Source: a candidate division FCPU426 bacterium (GTDB lineage Bacteria > Oederibacteriota > Muellerivitia > Muellerivitales > Muellerivitaceae). Taken from it: a DNA stretch of 64,000 nucleotides. Position numbers and translations under genes: made by a program. This document shows positions 18,980-27,072 of the stretch, one piece after another (positions within the stretch are counted from its first letter, which is position 1; each line of letters begins with the position of its first letter). Location: contig CAVTWJ010000022.1 in the NCBI GenBank assembly GCA_963738405.1, forward strand, positions 96,001 to 160,000, written 5' to 3'. The notes beneath the pieces are model-generated. The model saw only the letters and a program-made list of their open reading frames with translations, ran no database searches and was not told the DNA's origin.

Positions 18980-20626
18980 TCAGGCCTCTTTCTCAGAATA
19001 ATCCCCAGGTTCATTTCCATCCCAAACCCAATTCACCAATTCCTCGATTTCTTCGGAGCTCATTTCATTTTCAATGGCCACGCTGACCACCTTTTCGACG
19101 ATTTCTTGGGTTTCGGATAGGTTTTTCGTGACCTTCTCCAGGCGAATCAGGGGAATCGCGTGCCATTCACTAAATCGGAAACCACCCAAGTCAGTTATCC
19201 CCTCATGGCATTTATAAATACTTTGGATAATCGCCTTTTTTGCAGGTTCATTCAGAAGCGCCATGACCGGAAAGACTTTTTCCGCAAGGTCAGGGTCCCT
19301 AGCCAACCTCATCGCGTTTTCCGACACAGTTCTTTTAGGATTAATCTTCAAAGCTCTTTCTATGCACTCATAAAATTCAATCCAAGTATTAGGTCTGGTA
19401 ACCCGATCAAGCATGTTCATGAGCCTGATGGCTTTCCACTCATCCATGTCGGAATGTACGTTGGCTTGAAGCATCGGCATACCCAATTTCTTTGCCGCTT
19501 CAAACGTCAGAACACCCTCAAATACCTCGAAATCATGGTCTGGATCTACCTTCCGCTCCTCTTCCAACAGGGTACGTACTCTAATTTCTTTAACAAACCC
19601 GGTTAATTTCATGGATAAGGCTTTCCGTTCAATTTCGTCCGGGTGCCGGGGCGAATAAGTCCAAATTTTATGAATCCGGATTCGGTTAACCGGAACTTGT
19701 TTATATTCAGCTTGTTGAAATTTTTCATTTTCTATACCCGGCGCCTCGTCCTCCTGGCCTTCCGAACCATATTCCTCCGGGTCATGGCCTTCCTGAACCC
19801 AGCTAACTAAGGCCTTTACCCCTGCCTCGGTCAACTCCTGGCCGATAGCCACCTCCAAGGTCCGCTTCACCTTATCTTGGGTCTCAGGAGTTATGGCCGG
19901 ATAGGGCCATAGCTTTTGGGTTTCGGCTCCAACGGCCTTTACCCCAGGTTTGAGACCCGACCCGGGCCCCAGATCAGTTAGTTGAGAGGCCGCCCTCTCC
20001 GAAATACCCCAAATTCCCTTATTTGAATTGTTAGCGTTGCTAACAATTAAGGCCCTTGCCCCCGAGTTTAAGAGAGGTAGAAGCTTGATAGCCCTGTTCA
20101 CCTTCGTAATATCCATCTTCAATTCGACGGCGACCTGCCTTTGGGTCAGGTTCGGGTCGGCCTGGATCAACTGTTCAATACTCTGGTAAGCCGCCCACCA
20201 GCCCCTGTCCCGGACATCATTGTCCAAATGGGTGATCTTGACCGCCTCTTTTACCGTTGGGTTCAGGATGAACCCAGGTACGGCTTCCCTCTTTAGCCGC
20301 CCAAAGGCCCGGTACCGGTTCTCCCCGGCCAAAATCTCCCAATTAAAATCACCCACCGCCCAGGGTTGGCCGTCCCCCCTTAGGCGGGGGTTATCCGGGT
20401 GAAGCTGGACCCCACCCGCAAGGGGGTTCGCCCTATCAGCCCGAACCTTAATTGGGTTCAAAAGCCCGCTCTGGGAGATATTGTCGGCTAGGTCTTGGAT
20501 TTCATCATCGGTGATGGCCGGACCGGGGTTGTGGGGGTTGGGCCGGATGTTCTTGAGGGGTATCTGCTGGGTGCCGGAGAACATTTCCGGCAGGAGAGCC
20601 AAAACTTCCTTGAGTTCGACGGGCAT
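18980..20626 (-). CDS. Internally duplicated ParB/RepB-like protein (two ParB-N + HTH modules, second degenerate)
   Basis: Module 1: IRPNPHNP, GLLNPIKVR, AGENRYRA, HTH LTQRQVAVEL. Module 2 aligns end to end but has EGVLTFEA. GGAGG RBS before ATG 20626. Confidence 0.8.
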   Translation of the reverse strand: MPVELKEVLALLPEMFSGTQQIPLKNIRPNPHNPGPAITDDEIQDLADNISQSGLLNPIKVRADRANPLAGGVQLHPDNPRLRGDGQPWAVGDFNWEILAGENRYRAFGRLKREAVPGFILNPTVKEAVKITHLDNDVRDRGWWAAYQSIEQLIQADPNLTQRQVAVELKMDITKVNRAIKLLPLLNSGARALIVSNANNSNKGIWGISERAASQLTDLGPGSGLKPGVKAVGAETQKLWPYPAITPETQDKVKRTLEVAIGQELTEAGVKALVSWVQEGHDPEEYGSEGQEDEAPGIENEKFQQAEYKQVPVNRIRIHKIWTYSPRHPDEIERKALSMKLTGFVKEIRVRTLLEEERKVDPDHDFEVFEGVLTFEAAKKLGMPMLQANVHSDMDEWKAIRLMNMLDRVTRPNTWIEFYECIERALKINPKRTVSENAMRLARDPDLAEKVFPVMALLNEPAKKAIIQSIYKCHEGITDLGGFRFSEWHAIPLIRLEKVTKNLSETQEIVEKVVSVAIENEMSSEEIEELVNWVWDGNEPGDYSEKEA

Positions 20627-20845
20627 AGCGACCTCCATTAGAAACAGCAAAATAGATTCAAAAACGCGCTCAATTTGGCGCCAATGATAATTTATTTAAA
20701 AATGATATTTTGACAATGGGCCTGGCGGGTGGATTTTAAAATTTTACAGGCGAGAAATAAAAAGAGGGGTAAAAGAGGACAACATTCGTGCAATTTTTTA
20801 TTCCGAAGGGTATGGAACCATCAAAAAATTAAATAGTCAGTTCCT

Positions 20846-21232
20846 TCAAGCCGCAGCCGTAACGGCTTCCAGAATTTCCGCGATTTTCCTTTTCAAGGAA
20901 TCCATGCGGACGGGTTTGGCGAAAAAGCCGCTGATCTGGAAGGTTTGAAGGATATAGTCCTTTTCGATCCCCTTGTAGGCCGAAGCCACTAGGATAGGAA
21001 GTCTCGGATGGTCCTTGCGCACCAGGGGGATCATTTCAATGGCGTGCATATCGGGCATTTTCACATCAGTGAGGAGAAGGTCCACATGAACGTCTTCGAG
21101 TATGCCCAGCGCCTGCATTCCGTTCTCCGCCGTCAGGACGCGGTAACCGGCTTCTTCCAATTCTTCGATATAGAGAAATCGGGAGGCCGGTTCATCTTCC
21201 GCTACCAAGATTGTAAATTTTTTTGTTTCCAT
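20846..21232 (-). CDS. Single-domain response regulator receiver
   Basis: ILVAEDE, phospho-Asp in TDVKMP, SAY, KP. Confidence 0.93.
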   Translation of the reverse strand: METKKFTILVAEDEPASRFLYIEELEEAGYRVLTAENGMQALGILEDVHVDLLLTDVKMPDMHAIEMIPLVRKDHPRLPILVASAYKGIEKDYILQTFQISGFFAKPVRMDSLKRKIAEILEAVTAAA

Positions 21233-21243
21233 GTCCTGCCCCT

Positions 21244-23034
21244 TTAACTGTTGCCTTCCACCGGAAGGTAAATCCTAAAAGTGCTGCCCTTGCCCAACTG
21301 GCTTTCCACATCCAGCGTCCCTCCGTGGGACGCGATGATTTTGTGGCAAACGCTCAAGCCAAGGCCTGTCCCCGTGATTTTGGTGGTGAAGAAGGGATGG
21401 AACAATTTCCCAAGGTTTTCCTTCGGGATACCGCATCCGCTATCTTCCACCGCGATGGAAACCATTTGTTCCTGAAGAAACAACCGCTCGTAGATAACCC
21501 CTTCGCTGATCGAATCCGAGCCCTGGGGCACCAGCCCATTCATGAGGTGGGTCCTCAAGGTGAGCCTTCCGCCATTGGGCATGGCCTGGATGGCGTTCAA
21601 AAAGAGGTTCAATAGCACCTGGCGGATCTTGACGATATCGAGCGGAACCGAGGGCAAATCCTTGAAAAAATCCCTTTCCACCGTTATTCCCGCTTTCTCA
21701 AATTTTTGCTGAAGGAACGTCACGGCTTCCTCCAGGAGAGGGTGCACATCCACGGGCGCCTTATGGGCCTTGTCCGGGCGGCTGTATTCCAGCACCTCAT
21801 TGACGATGGTATCCATGCGCTGGACTTCCTCCGTGATCACATCGGCGTATTTTTTGAGCTTGGGTTCCACCAGTTTGGCCGAGAGCCTTTCGGAGAAACC
21901 CATGATGGCGTTGAGAGGGTTCTTGATCTCATGGGCCACCCCCGCCGCCATTTCCCCCAGAGCCGAGAAGCGCTCGGAGCGGGCCAATTGAGTTTCCATC
22001 TGGCTTAGAAGGGTCACATCCTTAATGGTGGCGATAGCCCCAATCACATCTCCGTTCCCGGCCCTCAGCACCGAAGTTTCCAGGGTTATCGGCACGATTT
22101 CCTTGTTAACCGTCTTCAATTCCATATGCTCTTGGATAAAACTTTTTCCTTCCGAAAGGGTGCGTTCAATCGCCTGGGCGACGCTTTTGAGGCTTTCCGG
22201 AAATTCCTCCAGTTTTTTATCGGCCATTTCGGCTTCCACCAAACCAGTGATCTTTCGGCATCCGGCGTTGAAGGTGCGCACCTTTCCATCATTTCGAACC
22301 ACAATGATTCCTGTATGGAGGGATGACAGGATGCAATGGTGGTACTCGAGGAGCGATTTCAGATTGCGGTTCATTTCCGTCAGTTTCTGAGTGGACACAT
22401 CAGCCTGACCGGCCAGGAACTGATTCACATTCACGAGATGGGCCTTTTCTTCCACGTTTTTTTTGGTTTCCATGGCCATAAAACCGCTCATGGCCGCGGC
22501 CACCAACAGGAAGGGGAACCGGACCAGGAAGCCCGTATCGGAGGAGATGAAGGTTCCCGTGGTTTGGTACTGCAAAAAGGCGTAAAGGACGCAGGCCACC
22601 ACCGCCACCGAGAAGACGCTTTTGACATCTTGGGAAAGTGCGGAAATGAAGATTGTGATGAAAAAAATGAGGAGAAGGTTTGTCTCGCCAGCACCGGAAA
22701 TATACAAACCCGCGGTGATAAAAAGAGTATCCGCGACAAAAAGGATAGAAAGGACCGACTTATTCTCGAACCATTTGGATTTAATGAAAAACATTCCAAG
22801 GATGGAGAACGAAAAGAAGGCCAGAAAAACCTCCACACCCGGCTGCAGAAGGGAAGGGTTTTTCTTTTGATTAAAATAAAGAAGAACAAGAATCACAAAA
22901 AACGCCAACAACCGGAACAAAACCAGAATATCCTTCACGCTTAACGGGCGCTTGGTACGGGGAGCAGGAGACGATTCCATTTCTGAAGGAAGAACCGGTC
23001 CGATAGGTCTTGGTAAGGCAACGCTGTTGATCAT
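21244..23034 (-). CDS. Membrane PAS-domain sensor histidine kinase (NtrB/PilS-like)
   Basis: Several N-terminal TMs, PAS, H-box AHEIKNPL, N-box NAIQAM, DSGCGI, FFTTK, GTGLGL. Confidence 0.95.
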   Translation of the reverse strand: MINSVALPRPIGPVLPSEMESSPAPRTKRPLSVKDILVLFRLLAFFVILVLLYFNQKKNPSLLQPGVEVFLAFFSFSILGMFFIKSKWFENKSVLSILFVADTLFITAGLYISGAGETNLLLIFFITIFISALSQDVKSVFSVAVVACVLYAFLQYQTTGTFISSDTGFLVRFPFLLVAAAMSGFMAMETKKNVEEKAHLVNVNQFLAGQADVSTQKLTEMNRNLKSLLEYHHCILSSLHTGIIVVRNDGKVRTFNAGCRKITGLVEAEMADKKLEEFPESLKSVAQAIERTLSEGKSFIQEHMELKTVNKEIVPITLETSVLRAGNGDVIGAIATIKDVTLLSQMETQLARSERFSALGEMAAGVAHEIKNPLNAIMGFSERLSAKLVEPKLKKYADVITEEVQRMDTIVNEVLEYSRPDKAHKAPVDVHPLLEEAVTFLQQKFEKAGITVERDFFKDLPSVPLDIVKIRQVLLNLFLNAIQAMPNGGRLTLRTHLMNGLVPQGSDSISEGVIYERLFLQEQMVSIAVEDSGCGIPKENLGKLFHPFFTTKITGTGLGLSVCHKIIASHGGTLDVESQLGKGSTFRIYLPVEGNS

Positions 23035-23046
23035 GTCACTAGTTAA

Positions 23047-23062
23047 AGCAACACCCGTGCCA
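23047..23062 (-). promoter_or_regulatory. Sigma54 (-24/-12) promoter of the histidine kinase
   Basis: Minus strand TGGCACGGGTGTTGCT matches the consensus TGGCAC-N5-TTGCW. Confidence 0.75.
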
Positions 23063-23202
23063 TAAGTAGCACGATCAAAAGTAGAACATTTTTATAGATT
23101 TTGACTTTGATTAGAATTTCAAATGAGTGCTTTTGACTCAATGGGTTTTTTTTACCCATTCTTTCGGGGAGAAAAGCATTTGTCTCGTAAAATTCGAATA
23201 GA

Positions 23203-24588
23203 TCAAATTTTAAGGATTTTTTCTTTAAGCTCTGACACCGTCATCTCCTGATCCTGACGGGTGGAAAGCTGGCGGACCTTGAACTTCTCGGAGCCGGACG
23301 TAAAGGCCGTAACGGCGTATTCAAACCCGTTTTTCTGGGCGCCTTCCAACTGTTGGCCGATCTTCTTTTCCTCTAAGGCTGTTTCAACTTGGATTCCCGC
23401 AGAGCGTAAGTTCTCGGCCAAGGCCAGGATGTCTTTTTCAGGTTGGCTGTTATTGACGATAAACACTGTATTTCGCGTATCGAGAGTTGCAGATTTATCT
23501 TTCTCCATCAGAATTGTCAAAATGCGTTCAAAACCCAGGGAAAGACCCACCGCCGGGGTGTCCTTGGGCCCTCCCAATTTCTCAATCAGGCCGTCATAGC
23601 GCCCCCCGCCCCCAATGGAGAATGTGTATTCCTTGTCCTCAACGTTGATCTCAAAGACCGGGCCCGTGTAATAGTCAAAACCACGAACCAAAAGCGGATC
23701 AAAGACCACATTGGCGTCGGGATTTACTTCCTTCACCCGCACTTGGATGGATTTGATCTTGTCTCCCAACTCATTGATTTTGTTTTCTTTAAAGTCCTTC
23801 AGGTCCAAGAAACCGCTTTTGGCGCTGTTGAGGAAGAGGAATATCTTTTCGGCGTTATCGGCATCCAAACCTAAGCCGTTGATTTCTTTCTTAACGCCCT
23901 CGAAATCCAGTTTGTCCATCTTGTCGATGCATATAGCGACTGAACCGATTTTTTCGACGGGTGTACCAATTCGGCGAAGAATGAGGGTGAGGAGACCTTT
24001 GTCGCTGATTCGGATTTTGAATTTACCGACATTCAGCGCCTTCAAGACCCGGTCGGTGGCTAAAAGAAGTTCAACTTCATAAGTATCCGTTGCCCCACCT
24101 ACGATATCGATATCGCATTGGTAGAATTCACGAAATCTACCCTTTTGTGGCCGGTCGGCACGCCATACGGGGCCGATGTGGTAGCAACGAAAGGGTTTGG
24201 GAAGATCATTTGAATGATTGGCGTAATAGCGGGCCAGGGGGACCGTCATATCGAAGCGAAGGGCCATGTCAGTAATATTGCTCTTTAACTGTGCGATCGC
24301 TTGTTCAACGGAATCGTTTGTTGTGTGACCATGCGCTATTTGATTTCTTAACGCGGTAGATAGTTCATCTCCGCGTTTTTCAATCTTAAACATCAACTTC
24401 TCGTTCTCGCCTCCGCCCTTGCCTTGCAAAACCTCGATGTTTTCCATGACAGGGGTATCAATAGGCTGGAAACCATAAAGTTGGTAGTGGGATTCGATGA
24501 GGCGGATGAGCTTTTGACGAAGAAGGGCTTCCTTGGGAAGCCAATCCCTCATGCCCTTGGGCGGGCCGAATTTGGTGTTATCACTCAC
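23203..24588 (-). CDS. hisS: Histidine--tRNA ligase
   Basis: PKGMRD, LRFDMTVPLAR, VWRADRPQKGRFREFYQCDID, LVRGFDYYTG, GGGRYD, GFERI; GTG 24588 with GGAG RBS. Confidence 0.98.
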   Translation of the reverse strand: MSDNTKFGPPKGMRDWLPKEALLRQKLIRLIESHYQLYGFQPIDTPVMENIEVLQGKGGGENEKLMFKIEKRGDELSTALRNQIAHGHTTNDSVEQAIAQLKSNITDMALRFDMTVPLARYYANHSNDLPKPFRCYHIGPVWRADRPQKGRFREFYQCDIDIVGGATDTYEVELLLATDRVLKALNVGKFKIRISDKGLLTLILRRIGTPVEKIGSVAICIDKMDKLDFEGVKKEINGLGLDADNAEKIFLFLNSAKSGFLDLKDFKENKINELGDKIKSIQVRVKEVNPDANVVFDPLLVRGFDYYTGPVFEINVEDKEYTFSIGGGGRYDGLIEKLGGPKDTPAVGLSLGFERILTILMEKDKSATLDTRNTVFIVNNSQPEKDILALAENLRSAGIQVETALEEKKIGQQLEGAQKNGFEYAVTAFTSGSEKFKVRQLSTRQDQEMTVSELKEKILKI

Positions 24589-24605
24589 AAAAACTCCATT
24601 TGTTC

Positions 24606-24745
24606 TGTCATTGCGAGGAATGTCCCCTAATAGGGGACGTTCATGACGAGGCAATCTCAGTTTAAATAAAGCTTCCAGCAGTAACCAGCAAAACAAGCCA
24701 TGGACTGGGATTGCTACGCCGCAAAGATCGCGGCTCGCAATGACA
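24606..24745. repeat. REP/RPE-like palindromic element (GTCATTGCGAG...CTCGCAATGAC type)
   Basis: 12-bp terminal inverted repeat TGTCATTGCGAG/CTCGCAATGACA, inner GCAATC/GATTGC pair and two arm hairpins. Confidence 0.85.
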
Positions 24746-24756
24746 CCTTTAGGCCT

Positions 24757-27072
24757 TTACTGAACCTGCTGGTACTTCCCGCCCTTGATTTGCAGTATGG
24801 GCACCTGCTTATCCGCCTCACCCTTGTCGTTGAAGCTGGTTTGGCCGCTGGCCCCGTCGAACCCATTAATCTGGCTCAATTGGCTCCGTAGGCTGTCCCG
24901 GTCATTCGCCAAATTCATGGCCTGGAGCAGCAGCTTGGCCGCGTCATAGGATTGGGCCGCCAAGAGGTCGGGCTTGAGGGCATAGGCCTTTTGGTAGTCG
25001 TCGGTAAATTTCCGGGCCATGGAATCCTGGCTGTCGGCATAAAAGCCCGTAACAAAATAAGCCCCTTCCACATCCTTAGCCGCTTCTTGCAATACCGTGG
25101 GGTTTGCCCAGAGATGGCCGCCCAGAAGAATGGGATTCAAGTCATAAAAATGAATCTGGGCCGCCAGAAGTGGAACTTCCGCCGCATGGGCCGGAAGATA
25201 GAGGGCCTGGTATTGAACTGTTCCCTGGCCCGCGTTGGGTTTGTAAATGCCGTAAAGCATGCGGCTTTGGTAAATCTTGATGTAGTCGGTCTTGTCGTCC
25301 GGCAAAAGATAAGCTTCCAGGTTGATGGAATAGTTCCAGGTATTGTCCGCCGGGTCATTATCCGCAGGTGGGTCGGTTTCAACGATCCGGCCCGTCACCA
25401 ACACTTGGGCCTTGAGGTCCTGGCCAATGGGGCCCCAAATCGACGCGCTTCCCGCCCTGGTATTGCCCTTAAAATCCGGCGGCAGGCTGGTTAAGGCCTG
25501 TTGAACTAGGTCATCCGTCCTCAATTGAAAATCGGTTTGTTGCGTGAAGGCAGCCCTGAGGCCGGCGTTAATGGTGGCGGCGATCGAGGGGCAGGTGGTA
25601 TTGGTAAGACCTTCCACTAAGGGAATCAGGCCGACAGGAGTGGGAAGGGTAGAGGGTCCCGAAGCGGGTTGGACGGAAGGGGAAAGGTCCCGAACTTTGA
25701 GAAGAATTTTCCCGATTTCCTTACTGAGGTTGTAATTCATCTGATCCATCCGGCGGTTGTTTTCCCGGTCGTTTTCTTTGGAGGCGTCCGGGTCCTGCCC
25801 GCCTAAGGCTAATATCTGTTTTTTGAAATCGGTGGAACCGGCGGGGTAGGTGGCTGAGGCCGAAACGGTGGCCCCCAAAGCCTCAACCGTTTGGGTGAAG
25901 GCTTGGGCGAGGGTTTGGCCGTAGGTATCCTCGGGCGATAAAACCCCGAAGCTTTTGATCCCCAGTTTTTGCACCGCGTAACGGGCGATAGCCCTTCCCT
26001 GCATCTCATTGGTCATGGAGTTGGAAAACACATAACTTCCCAATGAAGACAATCCGTCACGAGTATTGGTAGGCGATATCAAAACAACCTTTTGCGCGTT
26101 GGCCAAGGCCGCGACCCCTTCAATCTCCTGGGGTAACACCGGGCCGATAACCGCATCCAGGTTGTTATCCTTTGAGAGGTCCTGAAAAACCTTTACCGCC
26201 TGAATCGGGTCCCCCGCCGTGTCTTTCACTTCCAAGTGGGTATGCCGCTGTGCCCCGCCACCTTGGTTGGCGTCTTGAACCGCAAGGGTGATGCCGTTCA
26301 CCACCGAATCCCCAAACTCTTTCCGGTCCCCCGTGCGGGGCGCCAAAACTCCGATGTTCCAGGTCTTGCCCTGTTGTTGGTTTTTCAAAGCCTGGATTAA
26401 AAGCTGGGCGGCGGAAACGGATGGGTGCTGTGGGCACTGCTGGATGAACTGGCCCAAATGATCCTGGGCTTTTTCGCTATCGCCCCCCTGGGCTTCCTTG
26501 CTCCCCAATTGGAAAAGAGCCGTGCATTTTTCCGGGGAATCGGGGTAATTGGCGACAAAACTTTCCAGGTCTTCCAGTGAAAGACAATAGGTCAAAATAA
26601 ATTCCATCATTTGTTTTGAATCAGCGGCATAGGTAGTTTGAGGATATTTAAGGACTTCCTGAAAAGCGGAGAGGGCCGGCAAATAGGCCTTTTGGGCGTA
26701 GTAGACCTGGCCCAGCATGTATTGGGCCTTGTCAGTTTGGGGAAGCCCCCCCTGGACGGACAGAACCTGCTTGTAGGTTTTGAGGCTGGAATCCAGGTCG
26801 TTTTGGTTGAACTGATATTGGGCGATGGTTAGAAAATCCCCCACATTCTGTGAGTTAGGCGCGGCGGGCCCGACACGGATCTGAGCCGAAAGGTATTCCG
26901 CCTGGGCGACGGCGGGATGGATATCCCCCAAAGCGGGGACGGCGGGAATAGCGGTTGAGGGAACAGGCGTAGCGGCCGGAAGGCCTTGCAAGGATGGAAT
27001 GGTTTTAACTTGTTCGGTGGCACAGCCGCTAAGGACGAGAAACCCCGCCAGCAAAAAGAAAATCTTGTTCAT
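24757..27072 (-). CDS. Lipoprotein with TPR (BamD/CpoB-like) region and type I periplasmic-binding-fold domain, LpoA/LppC-like
   Basis: Lipobox LSGC, TPR helices, IGVLAPRTG...GITLAV, AVIGP, YGQTLAQAF, AAQSYDAA, FDGASG. Confidence 0.8.
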   Translation of the reverse strand: MNKIFFLLAGFLVLSGCATEQVKTIPSLQGLPAATPVPSTAIPAVPALGDIHPAVAQAEYLSAQIRVGPAAPNSQNVGDFLTIAQYQFNQNDLDSSLKTYKQVLSVQGGLPQTDKAQYMLGQVYYAQKAYLPALSAFQEVLKYPQTTYAADSKQMMEFILTYCLSLEDLESFVANYPDSPEKCTALFQLGSKEAQGGDSEKAQDHLGQFIQQCPQHPSVSAAQLLIQALKNQQQGKTWNIGVLAPRTGDRKEFGDSVVNGITLAVQDANQGGGAQRHTHLEVKDTAGDPIQAVKVFQDLSKDNNLDAVIGPVLPQEIEGVAALANAQKVVLISPTNTRDGLSSLGSYVFSNSMTNEMQGRAIARYAVQKLGIKSFGVLSPEDTYGQTLAQAFTQTVEALGATVSASATYPAGSTDFKKQILALGGQDPDASKENDRENNRRMDQMNYNLSKEIGKILLKVRDLSPSVQPASGPSTLPTPVGLIPLVEGLTNTTCPSIAATINAGLRAAFTQQTDFQLRTDDLVQQALTSLPPDFKGNTRAGSASIWGPIGQDLKAQVLVTGRIVETDPPADNDPADNTWNYSINLEAYLLPDDKTDYIKIYQSRMLYGIYKPNAGQGTVQYQALYLPAHAAEVPLLAAQIHFYDLNPILLGGHLWANPTVLQEAAKDVEGAYFVTGFYADSQDSMARKFTDDYQKAYALKPDLLAAQSYDAAKLLLQAMNLANDRDSLRSQLSQINGFDGASGQTSFNDKGEADKQVPILQIKGGKYQQVQ

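Noticed and set aside
17000..20850. Prophage or ICE
   Set aside because: No integrase, att-like direct repeats, replication, structural or conjugation genes are visible
24589..24696. N-terminal extension of HisS in the ORF track
   Set aside because: It is mostly read-through of the palindromic element; GTG 24588 has a GGAG RBS and matches the usual HisS start
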